Below, piece after piece: positions 1 to 13,820 of a DNA stretch of 64,000 nt. How positions within the stretch are numbered: the stretch's first letter is position 1; every line of letters starts with the position of its first letter. The position numbers were made by a program, and so were the translations under genes. Below the pieces are notes generated by a model. The model worked only from the letters and a program-made list of their open reading frames with translations. It searched no databases and was not told where the DNA came from. Source of the DNA: Podarcis cretensis (taxonomy: Eukaryota); the NCBI GenBank assembly GCA_951804945.1, contig OX638151.1, positions 75,268,001-75,332,000 on the forward strand. The letters run 5' to 3'.

Positions 1-82
1 GTATTAGTACAAACATAAGAGTGCAGGTGGGTGTTTTTCCTGCCACACATTCTTATATGTGGTAAAAGTCCGTGGTCATATC

Positions 83-248
83 NNNNNNNNNNNNNNNNNN
101 NNNNNNNNNNNNNNNNNNNNNNNNNNNNNNNNNNNNNNNNNNNNNNNNNNNNNNNNNNNNNNNNNNNNNNNNNNNNNNNNNNNNNNNNNNNNNNNNNNNN
201 NNNNNNNNNNNNNNNNNNNNNNNNNNNNNNNNNNNNNNNNNNNNNNNN
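83..248. other. Assembly gap (N run)
   Basis: Run of N characters; ORF-track entries crossing it are artefacts. Confidence 0.99.
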
Positions 249-490
249 GACCATCCCAGATAGAAGGAGTGTACCGTTCTTCGGTCAAGGGTATACGATA
301 GCTGCGCTCCCCTGCTAGAACCTCCAAACAAGCTCAAGTGTCAAGGCTTTCTCACATTTACCTACCTGGTAGATTGGTAATCTGCCTGAGTACTTAATGG
401 AAGGACAAACCAGACAAGCATTCTTACTATTAATGCAGTTGTTAGTTTGGTTAAAAGTGGAGGGCGAGGTGATTCTTTTTTAACACTAAA

Positions 491-628
491 ACAGGCTTGG
501 GAAACCTCTGGCCTACCCAGTGCTGTTGGACTACAACTCCCATCATCCCCATCAAGCATGACCAGTTGTTTGGGGTGATGGAAGTTGTAGTCCAACAACA
601 GCTGGAGGACCATGGGTTCCCTGGCCCT
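491..628. mobile_element. Short squamate hAT-like interspersed repeat (other copies near 5370, 21490, 21660, 27050, 50350)
   Basis: Quasi-palindromic ggactacaactcccatcatccc...gatggaagttgtagtcc core recurs through the window. Confidence 0.7.
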
Positions 629-791
629 GAACTAAACCTGGGTATTGGAGTTAAGCCCAACCCCTTTAGTCTACTGCCTTAAGATATTCATCTCAAGCCC
701 ATCCATTATACTAGAAGTAGACCAGTAGAATGGGAGTGAAAATATTCTTTAAGAAGCAGAGACAGTTAAGGCATGAAGCAGGTTTTGGTCT

Positions 792-891
792 TTCTGTTAG
801 TCAACTTTAACCGCTATACCTGTGCTGTATAGCCCAATGGATGAGAGTGTGCTTGGTAAACATCTCTGTCTCCGGTTTGGATACCTTTCCT
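792..891 (+). repeat. 100-bp exact direct repeat, copy 1
   Basis: Identical to 3997-4096. Confidence 0.95.
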
Positions 892-2277
892 TAAGGAAAG
901 GTTACAGGTTTTTTGATTCATTTCTAAGGAATGATTTGTCCCTCCTTGCTTCATCATGGTTTGTAAGAATCCTGGTTTTTTTGTGGCTTAAAAGGTAAAA
1001 ATATTTGCCATAGTCCTATCTCTGGTGTTGGTTCTGTATGCATGTATTCTCAATCATAGGGGTGAGTGGAGTATGCATATATACCCCATTCAAATATATG
1101 GTTAATCCTGGTTTTAAGGTATAAAGTAGGGAGACTGTGTGGTAAATTACTTCAAACACTTGGGGTACAGGCCCACTGTACAAATGCCCATTAAAACTTG
1201 CATGTGCTAGTTTATATTTATAGATGCACATTTAGGTTGACTGTCATAGGGCAAAACGTACTCTGTCTGTCAGGACTTATTTTGAGATATGGCCACCAAC
1301 AAGATTTTCTGGTTTGAGTGCACTGTGTCATACCATCTAACATTTTCCAATGCCATGTGCCTTCCAATATGTGCTCCTGGGCAAGTAACATGACCTGGGC
1401 ATCGTTTTGCACACACACCCCTCCCCGCTTTTTTCGGGGTGTGAGAGTGCTGCACCTATAATGGCTATCTAGATTTCAACTGAAAATACAGAATGTCCCA
1501 TTTTTTTCTGGGGCACTTGGAAGGTATGCTGTGTGTTGAGTGGACCCTCTACCCCCACCCCACATAACCTATTCAGAAGATCTTACATATATATTAAAAC
1601 TATTAGTAGCTGAACCCCTTCTCGCCAATCCCTCCAGACTTCACCAGCTCCCTGCCACTCCCCTTAGGCTTTGCCAAGCACCTTACAGCTGACCCAAACT
1701 CCCACCCTGCCCCTAGGCCTCCTCCCACCTCTCTACACATAGTACCTGCCTCACACAGAGGTGGGCAGCAGCAGTGGCAGCAGAGCAGGCTGGTTGCTGG
1801 AAAACTGCCCTGGCATGTCCTGACTGTTTCTCTGCAGCTTGCCTTGGCCTCTGGACAAATTAAGGCACATACACAACATACATTTAAAGCATACATCCCC
1901 ACCCTCCAAAAAAAGAATCCTAGGTGAACTGTAGTTCACCTCTCACAGAGCTTATCAAGCTGCAGTGGCCTAGAGTTTTTGAGAAGGATAGGGTTCAAAT
2001 GTGCTTTAAATGTGTGTACACAGCCTAGGGTGTGTGATAGCTAAAGTCTCACATGCATCTCACTTTGTAGCACTCCCAATTGCCCTATATTTTTTTTAAA
2101 AAGATAAAGGAAGTTAAAAAGAGGGAGAAGGCAATCTGAGGCCTGGCACAAAAGGCCTGGGTCTTAGGCCTTGTGGGCCTAACATCCCAACAATGCCCTG
2201 GGTGTCAAATGAACGTTTGCTTCTTAAAAACTGTAATTGCAAAGCACACATGTGCAAAGTGTGCACATTCTGTAATT

Positions 2278-3216
2278 TGTCATGAACTGGCAGGATGACA
2301 GAGGGGAGGAAGAGGATCCCTGCGAGGGGTGTAGCAGACTGGGCAAGCAGGGAATGGGGAAGGAAGTACTCACAGGGTGACGGAGGATGATGAGGGGATG
2401 GAGGTCAGTGCGCACAAACCAGAGCAGCAGCACCTATCACCAGAGCCAGAGGGGCCCCAGTCCCCACAAACACAGTGGGCCCTGAGGTATGAGGAGCCGT
2501 GTGAGTGGTGCTCTAGGAGGTTGAGGCAAGCAAGGGCCCACAGCCCAGCTCCCTAGTTCTGGGAGGAGGGGTGTGATTCCTCTGCTGGAGCAGGACTGGA
2601 ACAGGTGAGGGTCAGCTGCCTCGTCAAGCCCAGATGCTGCAATCAGCAAAGTACAAAAGGGGAGCAGAGCTGAGGGGCTGTGTCTGCTGTCCATGTTGAT
2701 GAACCTTGGCTTGGGTGTTCTTGGACCCCTACAGGGCTGTGCTTTGGAACTGACTCTATCCTGACTGCTGGACTTTGGAATTGGCTTGACCCTGAAATGT
2801 GTTTCCTGACTGTTGGACTTTGCTTGTGTGGATTGACCCTTGGACTTTGAACGTTGGGCTTGGCATACTGACTTGCTGCCACGTAGGCCAGGGGTTCTGG
2901 ATATAATTGCACCAAAAAGAGAGAGATAAAGACACCCCTAAAACAATAACTTTGCACCATAAACCCCAATGGACTTTCCTTCTTAACAGCAACCAATATA
3001 TGTATAAAGTATAATTTCCATTGTTACCAAATTGTGCGTTGGAAGAGAAAGAGGTGAGCCCATTCAATTAGTCAGGAGAGACATAATGGAAGAAACCAGG
3101 AAGCATGTTAAAACAAAACAAAACAAAACAAAACACCAGGGCCTACTAAATACTGGCAAGGTCACCATGGTAGGAGTAATTTGTGTTTGTGTGGGTGTAC
3201 AGGGAATCAACTGACA
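2278..3216 (+). mobile_element. Probable degenerate solo LTR (Gypsy-type TGTCA...TGACA ends)
   Basis: Starts tgtcatgaactggc and ends ctgaca; purine-rich 5' part; internal short ggactttg repeats; similar start at 55263. No clean TSD. Confidence 0.45.
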
Positions 3217-3996
3217 GTTAATGCAGTAACACTCACTGTGTGTCACTGCAATAACACCTGGAGCAGAAGTGAACACAGCACCTATCTGTTTAAGAGCTCC
3301 ACTCTGTTTATATTATCCTCTCCCTCACACATAGAAGTGAAGTGAGCAAGTGAGGCTGGGAGAAGAAAACAAATGGTGCTAAATGGGTGCTATCTCCATG
3401 TGTAATATTTCTACTCCTGAGTCCTACTTCAGGGTCAAACTTACAAGATAAACTAATGGAAGATAAATGACTGGAGTTGTTGCACCACTTGTATTAATAC
3501 ATCAGTTTGTAAAAGGCCAGGAAACAGAGAATTGAAGTGAGTGGGGAAAGGCAACTCTGAAGCCACCTACTTGAGATCACTTCACTTGGATTAGATGGCT
3601 CTTAGACCACTTTAACCACCATGCCTTCCTCAAAAAGTGAGCTTGTTCAAGAGTGGGGGAAAGGGTTAGCTTCCCTCACACTTTCAGTACAAGCTTATGA
3701 ATGAAGTTAAGAGATTCTGAGCATAGAACTAGGGTTGATAGTTATTGCTCTGCAAATGTGAGAGAACAAGATGTGTGGTCATCTTCTGTTTGCCTCACCA
3801 ATCACACACTTGGTTTGAAGATAACAAAATGCTGAGGGTAGGTAGAGAGGAAGTTTTATCGAGCCAGTCTGACACACAGTTATTCTGCCTTTGAGAATGT
3901 GCAATTAATGGTTGTTGTTACCATTGCCTTAGATTTCTTTGTTATTGTTCAGTATTTTTCTAATTTGGGATTTTTGCACACATTATTCCTAAAAGC

Positions 3997-4096
3997 TTCT
4001 GTTAGTCAACTTTAACCGCTATACCTGTGCTGTATAGCCCAATGGATGAGAGTGTGCTTGGTAAACATCTCTGTCTCCGGTTTGGATACCTTTCCT
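3997..4096 (+). repeat. 100-bp exact direct repeat, copy 2
   Basis: Identical to 792-891. Confidence 0.95.
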
Positions 4097-5640
4097 ACAT
4101 AACATTCACAAATGCATCATCAACATACTTTCCCAGCATTCAAGTAAAAGCATACTACATTGCATTGTGCTGGCTTCTTTGAAACTTGGAGGAAGTTAGT
4201 TCCAAAGCTGATGAGTGGCAACTGGGATGTTGCTTTTGCTGTTCAGGGTGTATGACTGGAGAGGAAGTTTCTAATTGTCAAAATAACTGCTTGCTAGAAT
4301 TGTCAGCAAGAGCTCGTTTAAAATACCGCCTCTCCAATTTTGCAGGAATGTGAGATTTCTGTTCTATCTGTGTGTGTTTTTGTGAAGTGGAAGGATTGCA
4401 AAGCAACAGAAAAGTAATCCAAGTTCATAGGCGCAGAATGCAGAATGAACATGTGAATAAATTAGCATAGGTGTCTGCATTTGGAAATCATCAAGAGTGG
4501 CAAATATATGTAGGAATAAAAAATGATGCTCCAATTTCGTTATATCATGTCAAGCAAAATCGAGTAATGCAAAAAGAAGCTTCCCTTTCATCATCCTCTC
4601 AAAGAACAGTGCTATGATCTCTGGTTTAGGAAGAAAATGTAACTTTTATTTCTTTGAGTGGTTCAAGATCTGAAACAGGAACAAAGATGAGTGTCCAGTC
4701 CAATACCCATTTGTTCCTAAGTTACATGAAATGATAGGCCACTTGGTTTCAGCACATTTTTGAAGATTCCAGCCCTCTAATGGCGTGGAGTATTTCTGGC
4801 AACAGATGAGAGATAATAAGTTTCTCTGGGATGAGTTGTAGGACCAGCTGTAGTTTTGATGTGAAGATAATGCATTTTGGAGAAGTGATAAAGGGGTGGA
4901 GGAATGGAGGGAGGACAGTGTCTGTTTCAGCCTGGAGCCCATATGTAGAACTAAAAAAGATGAAAATACCCAGTTCACTGCCTGAGAGTCAAAATCTTCT
5001 CCAATATTCACTTCAATCAGCATTGAAAAGTTCCTGTACGGAAGAAGTCCAGGGCTCCCTCCAGATTGGTGTTTTCTTGCAGGTATCTTCTGCAAAATGT
5101 TCTTGGCACAATACTGGTACATTGCTGGTGGATTCCTTCTGCTTTAGTTTCTTCTGTGATGCTTTCCCAGTGTTGCCACGCTATTGCTATCTGGAGGGAC
5201 TATAGCACAAGAAGACAAAACTAAACCCTGGCCTAAACTAAACACCTAAGGTTAAAAAGCTACAGGATTTCAGCAGCAAGTTATGGGAGATGCACTGATT
5301 GAATTTGGAGCAACCTTTGCAGGTTGAAACAGACAATACTTACATGCTCCTATTTCTCTCCCTATCCCAGTCATGGGGAACCTCTGACCCTCCAGATGTT
5401 GTTAAACTCCAACTCCCTACCCATTGGCCACACTGGCTAGGACTATTGGGAACTGGAACTCAAGAAACATCTCAAGTGCCACCGGTTCCCATCAACAGAA
5501 CTGGGATAAAGTGAACCTACTGGTGGTTTCCTGAACTGGAAGAATGTGAAGAAGAGTAACCAGATAAAGAAATCATTGATGAATCATAGTGTAGGGACAT
5601 CAGTTTGAAAGAGAAGCAGATGATGGAAATTATTATTATT

Positions 5641-6270
5641 AGATGAAGGTCTACCAGGCTTGCATGTTGAGCACACTGCTTTATGGAAGTGAGTTGTGGG
5701 CAACTTACACCCGCCAGGAGCAACACCTCAATGCCTTTCTTATGCATTGCCTCAGGAAGATTTTGGGCATCACCTGGCAAGACAGCAAACAAAGATGTGC
5801 TTTTCTGAGCCACATTCCCAGCATGTTTGCACTTTTGTCTTAGCAATGTCTACACTGGCTTGGTCATGTACACAGAATGGATGATGGCAAACTTCCCAAT
5901 AAAGCTCAATGGGGAGCTGGTTTCAGGCACTAGGCCCGGTGGCAGACCAAATCTACCTTACAAAGATGTCTGCAAACGTGACCTGAAGGCTGGCAACATT
6001 AACCCCACTATGTGGGAATCCCTTGCAGGCGAATACAGTGCCTGGAGACAGTCAGATTGTGTATCTACAGCAGTTACCAGAGAAGGAATGACTGCTGGGA
6101 GGAGTGCAGAGAGAAGAAATGCCATGGTGCACCTGTAGCAGCAACCAGATACCTTCATCTGCCCCAGCCAAAGGCACCGTAACTCTCCAACAGTTTGAGT
6201 TTACCTCTGAAGGCACACTTTTCAATTGTCTCTTGAGACAGACAGACAGACAAATGCCAACCACAATCAC
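5641..6270 (+). mobile_element. RTE-clade LINE 3' fragment, decayed
   Basis: KVYQACMLSTLLYGSELW...HCLRKILGITWQD and GELVSGTRPGGRP...YKDVCKRDLK are RTE ORF C-terminal motifs; frameshifted. Confidence 0.85.
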
Positions 6271-9200
6271 CACAACTACTACTAATGTCTTAAGGCCCAG
6301 TGCACAGGGCAGCATTCCCATTCCTGCCCACTGAAAAATACACTGAGTTTTGGCGATAACAAGGCTTACTAGGATGTTTCCTTACTCATCATTGGTTGTT
6401 ACCAATGTTAAGAGAAAAGGTAGAATATTGCTGGAAGTTTGGCAGAGCACTAAAAAGGCACTTTGGTTCCATATTACAATTCGCCTTCCAAGGCAGCTTC
6501 TGGCAAACTGACTGACTTTATTGACTCACTTAATTTTATTGTAGAAAGGCACTTTAGGTTTTGCTGGGTGGATCTGTGATGAAGTCATGCTGTCAATATT
6601 CTGTGGTGGTAAGTCAAGCACAGATTGTCCTCAGGGTTTCTGAAGGCAAATCAAAATGAAACTTGCCAGTAGGGGAGAGCAAAGATACTTCACACCCACA
6701 GAGACGACATGCACTCATTTTTGTAAAGGGAGGTTAGAACACGAGCCTCTCACTCCAGCTCAAAGGTCCTGCAAAAGCAATTCTCCATATGACTCGACTC
6801 AAAGAATGTTTTAAAACCTCATGACCACACAGCATTTTAACTGCTTGTTCATAAGCCCAGTTTTCACTTTTTTAAAATAATAAAAAATGTACCTTTCCAC
6901 CTTTCAAATTTGCTGACAGTTTGAGAAAACAAATGTCTTCTAACTGGGCCAAATAAGACTGCTCAGATGGGCCTTGAATAATTGTGTGTTTGTGTTTTAC
7001 TGGTGGTGATGGGGAAGCTGATTAAAAATGAGGCAAATTCTGTCAGTTATTTATATCTAGAGGAGCACCAAGGCTTCATGTGGCTGCCTGGCTTCATTTT
7101 GCATTGACCATTTGATAGACAAGAGTACACAAAGAGGATAAACAATAAGCAAACTCTCAATGAAGCAACTGTGGTACTCTTTACCTTAGTAGAAAAGAAA
7201 GTTCTCATTTTCTCAGGAGCTACACTGAAAGATACTCCATAACTGCCTTCCTGAACCTGGTGCTCTCTAAATGTTTTGGCCATGCTCATTGGAGCTGATG
7301 TAGTCCAAAAAATCTAGAAGCTGCCCTTTAAGAAACCCGAGGGTGGCTAATATGGATGACTCCTCCTGCTACAAATTTGCTGCTGGTCTGGTAGCCTTGC
7401 TAATACTGTTGGTTTTCTCCAGTTAAGTTTTACCAGTTGAAGAGACCCATTGAAATAAATGGTTCTTAAATTAGTCATGTTCATTCATTTCCATGGCTCT
7501 GCTAAGTACAGCCAGCATTGGATACAACCCTGCGTTCCCAACCTGCCCTCAACTCAACTCAACTCAACTCAACTACTACTATCCCACTCGTGTATGAAAC
7601 TCGTGTAGTAGGGGCTGGCATGGCGGTCCTCTTTGTTCTAGCAAGATTGTGGGTTCCTTTTCCTCCCTAGGCAGGAATGATCTGTAGCTTATTTCCAGCA
7701 AAAGGGGGCTTGAGGACACCATGTATGCTCAACAGCCTTCCATCTTACAGCACCCAGATCTTCGGTATATAAACTCCTTTCCAAAAAAAGAATAACTGGC
7801 AAAGCACAAGTGAGCATCTATAAAACCAGTAAGCATCTTTATTACAGCACTGTGATAAAGAATCTTCCATGAGAGTTGTAGAAACCTACAGCAGTGTTAA
7901 GAGGCAATTGATAATGCCAGGGCTTAATTTTATCAGCAGTGTTTATTACTTATACTGGGTGTTTCCTTCCAAGTCCAATCAGTCTATTAATTGCTTTCTT
8001 TTAATCTTAGGAAGGGCAGTGGATTTTGTTCTCAGAGGGAACCGGCTTCAGTTTTGACAGAACAGCAAAAGCAGCAGCTGCTGGCCCATTGCAGCCTGAT
8101 GAGATTGCTGGCTCTAATACACTTTGCCTTTTGACTGTAATGTGTTTTATGAAACATCTTCTAAAGCTTACAAGTGACCCCAGGACATAACTCTCCAGCA
8201 CTAATGTCTCTCTTTGCCAAGTAATGAAGTATGATTTATGGTGGTAATGGTTAATCTAAGGAGTGTGTGTGTGTGTATGTGTACCTGTGTATGTGTGTGT
8301 GTTTTTTTTATATATATAAAAAAACCTGTAGAATATAGGAGTATAACATGCACCATTTGGCACATTTATGACAAAGGTGTTCTGGTTTTCTTAACTCCAC
8401 AGTTTTGTGTTGGCAGTTTTTCAAATTCCTTAGACAGATGTTTAAATGAATTTAAGAGGACAGAGGAATACTTTTAAAACATCATACGGAGTTGAGTGTC
8501 TCAATATGAAAAGGAACATTATTCCTCTACCAGTTTAGATAGGAAAGGATGCCACATGGCCTATCCTGTTTTAGATCTGCTGTTAGCTGATAGAAATAGC
8601 AAATGTGGAATTAGCTTTGTGGGAAAAGTCCCGTTTATTATGCAGTTGAGACTGGTGCAGAGGGAAGGAAGTAAGAATGCTTCCTGACTCTCTGAGACTT
8701 ATCTTGTATTCACATCTAATTTCTTTAAAATGTATCAGGACTTGTCTGGCATGCAGAATATGGGACTATTGCTGTCCAGGTAGAAACCAAACTGCAATAC
8801 AGAGAGACACAGAGGCTTTAGGTGTCTAATGTAACAACTTCCAAATGTTCCCCTCTCAAAGGAAAATATACAATTTTGAAGACGCTTGGCATACTGAAAG
8901 CCCATTGGAGTCTATAGTACTTAAGCACAATGCATAGCCAAGAGCAAAGTTATCAGAAGACCGGTTTGTCATGCAAAATGCTTTAGAAAGGCAAAGCCCA
9001 TAAAGGGTGAGGGTGGGTGGCAGGGAACCCAAATACAGCCTAACAAGAGCAGAGCATGTTCAATGGCCACACACACACACAAAATCCCAAAATGTCTTTT
9101 GTGCGGCAGGGGAGAATGGAAAAGCAGTGAGAGGACATGGAATTGTAGATCCTCACAAAGGAAATAGCTTGCTGGCTGAAAGTCTGAGTGGAAGCTCATT

Positions 9201-9859
9201 CCACACTGCAAGGTTTTGTTGCGGCTCTCCCTTGTATATACTAATAGCAAACTCAAGTGCTGTTTTTGATGGCAATGAAGCCAAAATGAGGCTACTGGGG
9301 GAGGGGAAGGTGGCATCAGTATGCACAGGGGAACCCCAAGGTTTGCAGAAATTGAAAAACGAAAACACCATTTAGGGTAAAAACCTAAAGAGGCAACTTT
9401 ATGCCCCAAAACAGCCCGATGAGGACTGACCATGCTCAAGCAGTCAGACTGAGTGCCTGTTTTGGGGCAGAGTGGTGGAAGCCTCAAGGTGGGAGGAATG
9501 GAATGGAGTGTCTTGGAAAAGGGCCCTGCTATGTGCCCTCCTTTGTGTGTGATTGAAATGTGTCTTTGAACAGCCCCTCCTCCAATCTGGGGAGTTGTGA
9601 TTGTCCTATCAGCCAGCCGTCAGGTCTATGGCTGCTGTTGCTGAATGCCAGGTTGGCTCGGAGTAACACCTCCATGATCTGATTATGGAAGAGGCGGCCG
9701 ATCTGGCCTGTACCACCGAGACCTGGGTGAGTGAGCAGGGTGGAATTGGTCTCACCTGGCTATGCCCACCTGGGTACTCAGAACTTTGTTAGACTTGAAG
9801 GTTGGGGAGGGAGAGTTGCTGTGGTCTATAGAAATTTTCTTTTCTCTCTTTAGGCTTTC

Positions 9860-10440
9860 TGTCCAGTTGTGTGGGGGCTGAGAGATCCAGTGGGCTTCCA
9901 GATGGCTCTGGGGGATTTTCCAGTTGATATGACTGGCACTTCTGTCAAAGCCCTGGTCGATCTCTGGAACATCCAAATGGCTCACGTCATTGACATGAGA
10001 GTCTCTGAACACCCTCGCCCACTTAATGGAGCCTATTCAGGATTGCAATACCTCAAGGACCACCTCACTCCCTATAAACCAACATGGTTATCATCTGAGG
10101 CCCTTCTTTGGGTGCCTCCGTCCAGAGGCCCAGAAGGGGGCAACACCAGAATAGGCCTTTTCTGTAGCAGTTCCGTTTGTTGAATGCTCTCCTCAGGGAG
10201 GCTCGCCTAGTGCCTTCATTACATATCTTTAGGCACCAGGCAAAAACATTTCTCTATAACCAGGCCTTTAGCTGGTTAATGTTCTATGGCCTTTTAAATG
10301 TGTTTGTGGGAGCAGGGTTATTGGTTTCTTTTGTTTTGTGATGCATTTTGTGTTCTCATTTTGTATTTTTATGTTGTGAACCACACAGTGATCTTCAAAT
10401 GAAGGGAGGTATACAAAATCAATAAATAATAAAATAAAAG
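9860..10440 (+). mobile_element. L2 LINE fragments (internal ORF2 piece joined to the 3' end)
   Basis: DPVGFQMALGDFPVDMTG...ALVDLWN and YLKDHLTPYKP...SSEALLWVP motifs; ends in an (aataa) tail. Confidence 0.75.
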
Positions 10441-10705
10441 CTATAACAATGCCTTCTGTTTGCCTGGACAGAGCTATGTGGGGAAACCTCTTAAGTTTTG
10501 CTACAGGGCAAAGGTTCCATCCATTGTTTTGCACACTTTTGTCTGTGGTCTCATCCACCCATTGGCATGTGGCTTCAGGAAGTTCCCCCACAAGGTAATT
10601 TGACCATCCGGCTGAGAAACGTTCTTCACCTCTCATATACCTTATGTTACTGAGAAGTGGAAATGAAATACCACAAGTTATCTAAGAAATGGAGCTGACT
10701 CATTG

Positions 10706-13244
10706 GGTAAAGCAATGAACATTTTATATTTAATTTACATTTTGACATTTTTGCACATAAATAACAATGTAAACCAGTACGTAAACATAAGATAGTTTGT
10801 TCTAGCAAAGTAAAAAGCCTGTTAACTTTGGTCAGAGCCTGTTCTTTAAAAAAACCAACACTGATTGTTGCTACATTCACATGTAAAGGTCCTAAACTGA
10901 GAGAAGATTGGACATAAAGGAAGCAAATTTTAAAGCTGATACATATAAATCTTTGTAAAATTTTGTATCAAATACAGGAAAGCACTACAGGCAATTAATA
11001 AAAGCAACAGTGTGTCCAGTCATAGTAGTGGTACTTTGGTTTATCCTACAGTTAAATCCTACATTTATGAAACATTGCTACATTTAAATATGTTTGCCTC
11101 ACAATTTACGGGAGCAGAAATGTAATGAACAGTAGCCCTTCCTTCAAAAAAGCTATATTTAAAGTTTTCCTTGAGCTACTTTTAGACCAGAGATATGTTT
11201 GGTATCTTAAATAAGAAGGCATTAGATTGATATCATTTCTGAAACAGTCTAACTCTTTAAGACTATGTTGAGATAGGAATGTATATACACGCAGTAGAAC
11301 AGGGTGTAACAACGCTGTTATTTTTTTCCTCCGTTATGTACATGTGATCACGCGATCACCTTTTAAGAAGCAGAGGAAACAATGGCAGACTTCACTCGAC
11401 ATTTTAAACAGCTCTTCCTACCCTTTACCAATCTGTATTATCTCAATCAATCTTATTTATTGATCCAGTCAACAGACTGCGCAATAAAAACAAATTACCA
11501 TTCTGTATTATATTTATACCATACATAGGTGAGTGAGATTTTGTTTTTTCCCCCAGCAACGATTTCTTAAAGTGTCCCCCCCCCCACAGACGTGTCTTCT
11601 GCAAGAATTTGAGAGGGATAGAAGACTCAGCCACATAATCTTCACAGAATTCTGTGGGAATTTTATAATATGTGGACAAATACTGATTTCCTTAGCACAG
11701 TAGCATGGGTTGGAGGCTGTTAAGTCATACCTTTGGAAGGTGAAGCAAGCTATGCAAGTAAGATTTCATTATAAGGTTTGTCTCACAAACTTAAGTGGTA
11801 TAAAATATACGCATGCACACACATACATGGTATATTGGCATAAATATCTATAAATATACATGTATTCTTTGCTACACCTTGTATGCCGACATGGTATCTT
11901 TGGGCTTAGCAAAACAAAAAAGATTTACAAAAAAGAAAAGAATGTGCCTTCTATCTTCTCCTCTGCACATTTTGGTTTGTTCTCTAAAGTAGCAAAGCAT
12001 TAGATAAAACAACATCTTCTGCACCACTGGACACACTCAATGAGGTAACTGTTGTTCAGCAACTTTGCAATGCCCTTTTTATCTTTAATTAAATTAACCA
12101 CAAAACGTACTAATACAAATACTGAGCGAAATCTTGAGTCATATAGGGAAAGGGTGGGGGACCAATAAAGTATGCCAAGAAAGGACTTTGTTAGCAACTT
12201 CTACCCAAGGAAAGTAGATAGAGGGAATGGGGTTGGGGGAGATCTGGCACATCTTTCCCGGGGAGCCTAGGAATCAGATTCCCCCCTAGTACTTCACTGG
12301 CAAAAATCTCAGCAATACTCTCCTTTCAGACAGCATCTTTGGGATATTATTCCTTGCATATGTATACAAACAGTTTGTGAGAAGAAGAAAATAAGTAATT
12401 TTGTAGTACTATTGCTCTCAATGTCAAGGTATGCAACATGTTTGTTTAGAAAACCTATTTGATGCATTATTTCTGGCAGATGATTTTACTTTCCTATTCA
12501 TCTTAGACATTGAGGTACTGTAGACAGAAAATCATCGCATCACTCTTTTCTATCCCTATACCAGTACGACGTTTTCCTCTTGGCTGCTGCATACATTTTG
12601 GGGAAATTTCACAGTTCTACCCACTTTGTTCAGTTATACAGCACTGTTCTAACTGGAGGAAACTCTAGTATTTACCTTTGGCAAAACAAAAACCTAATTT
12701 CTAAATCAGGAATGTAACATTCCCCCCTTTGCTTCCCCATCAATCTTAGGTTGCTGGTTTTTAATTTGCTAAACAGATGCACAGGAAGAAATTATACAAA
12801 GAATGGCCACAAGACAATATATATATATATGAACACATATTCAACCTTATAATGAAACTTCCTATCATTGTGAATATTTTCTATCTATTGCTTTGTTAAT
12901 GGTAAATTGCATAATAAATTATTACTGGAAAATGATTATGGATAAAAGATTGTCTTTTTTGGAAGTAGCAGAGGTAATACACAGTCCTTGCCTCTTTTCA
13001 TGCCCTGAGAATACAACTTTGGAGTTCCTTCTTTCAAATGGAATAAGATAAACTACTGTAAGCCAAGATTGCTTTGCAGCATTGACACTATATACAAGCA
13101 ATTGCTACAGGCACCCTGACTTGCCAAGTCATAAATTAAAAAACAACAACACAAACCACTTTGCCATACATACGAATGCACATGTAAGTATGCACATGTG
13201 TACACACACTCACTTCTCTCTCGCACACGCACACCCCACAGCAT
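10706..13244 (-). other. PRDM1: PRDM1 3' UTR (~2.5 kb)
   Basis: AU-rich stretch without recognisable transposons after the stop codon; many miRNA seed matches; ATTAAA near the distal end; the terminal ~150 nt resemble the mammalian mRNA end as recalled. Confidence 0.7.
10729..10734 (-). terminator. Probable polyadenylation signal ATTAAA
   Basis: tttaat on the + strand, at the end of the UTR-like block. Confidence 0.6.
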
Positions 13245-13820
13245 TTAAGGGTCCATTGGTTCAACTGCTTCTTGCTTGACCTTTATAGGTACCCGAGGTA
13301 GTGGATGACCTTGAGGCAACTTCACAATTGACATATCTGATGATTCATAAAGGTTACATCCTGAGGAAACCAGCCCATTTCCCAGGTTCCTCTGCAGCGA
13401 TGCTTTAAGAGTAGCTCCTTCCATCTCTCGTTTAAGCACAGCAAGTATTTCTTTTTCTACTATAGATGCCATGTCAATGTTGTCCTCAACATCGTCCAGC
13501 CTGTCTGCACTGTCACTAATGTCAAATTTCTCAATCTCTTCATTGATCCGGTTGAGGTCCTCTGTCGAAAGGGTGGGTTCAGGGACAACAGGGCAGTTGC
13601 CTTTCAGGTGGACCTTGAGGCTGCAAAGGTGGATATAGCTCTTGTGGCAGTGGATACACTTGTGCGGGCGCTCTCTGGTGTGGAGCCGTTTGTGCAGTTT
13701 CAAGTGCACAAACTGGGTAAATTTAGCAGTGCAAAGCTTGCACTGGTAAGGCTTCTCTCCAGAATGTAGCCGCAGGTGGGTCTTCAGGTTGCTCGTGCTG
13801 CTGAATCGCTTGTGGCAGAC
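13245..13820 (-). CDS. PRDM1: PRDM1 exon 7 coding part (576 nt; zinc fingers 3-5 and C-terminus ...KVKQEAVEPMDP*)
   Basis: gatcag|GTCTGCCAC acceptor; VCHKRFSSTSNLKTHLRLHSGEKPYQC...; TAA at 13247-13245; includes ORF 13245..13709. Confidence 0.97.
   Translation of the reverse strand, partial: VCHKRFSSTSNLKTHLRLHSGEKPYQCKLCTAKFTQFVHLKLHKRLHTRERPHKCIHCHKSYIHLCSLKVHLKGNCPVVPEPTLSTEDLNRINEEIEKFDISDSADRLDDVEDNIDMASIVEKEILAVLKREMEGATLKASLQRNLGNGLVSSGCNLYESSDMSIVKLPQGHPLPRVPIKVKQEAVEPMDP

Noticed and set aside
31-337. Five ORFs at the window start
   Set aside because: They are open only because they cross the N gap.
4646-5205. Overlapping 158-aa and 124-aa ORFs
   Set aside because: No recognisable protein similarity or exon structure; not identifiable as ATG5 or any other neighbouring gene.
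8969-9487. 172-aa ORF on the minus strand
   Set aside because: No recognisable domain; includes a (TG)n tract; likely chance.
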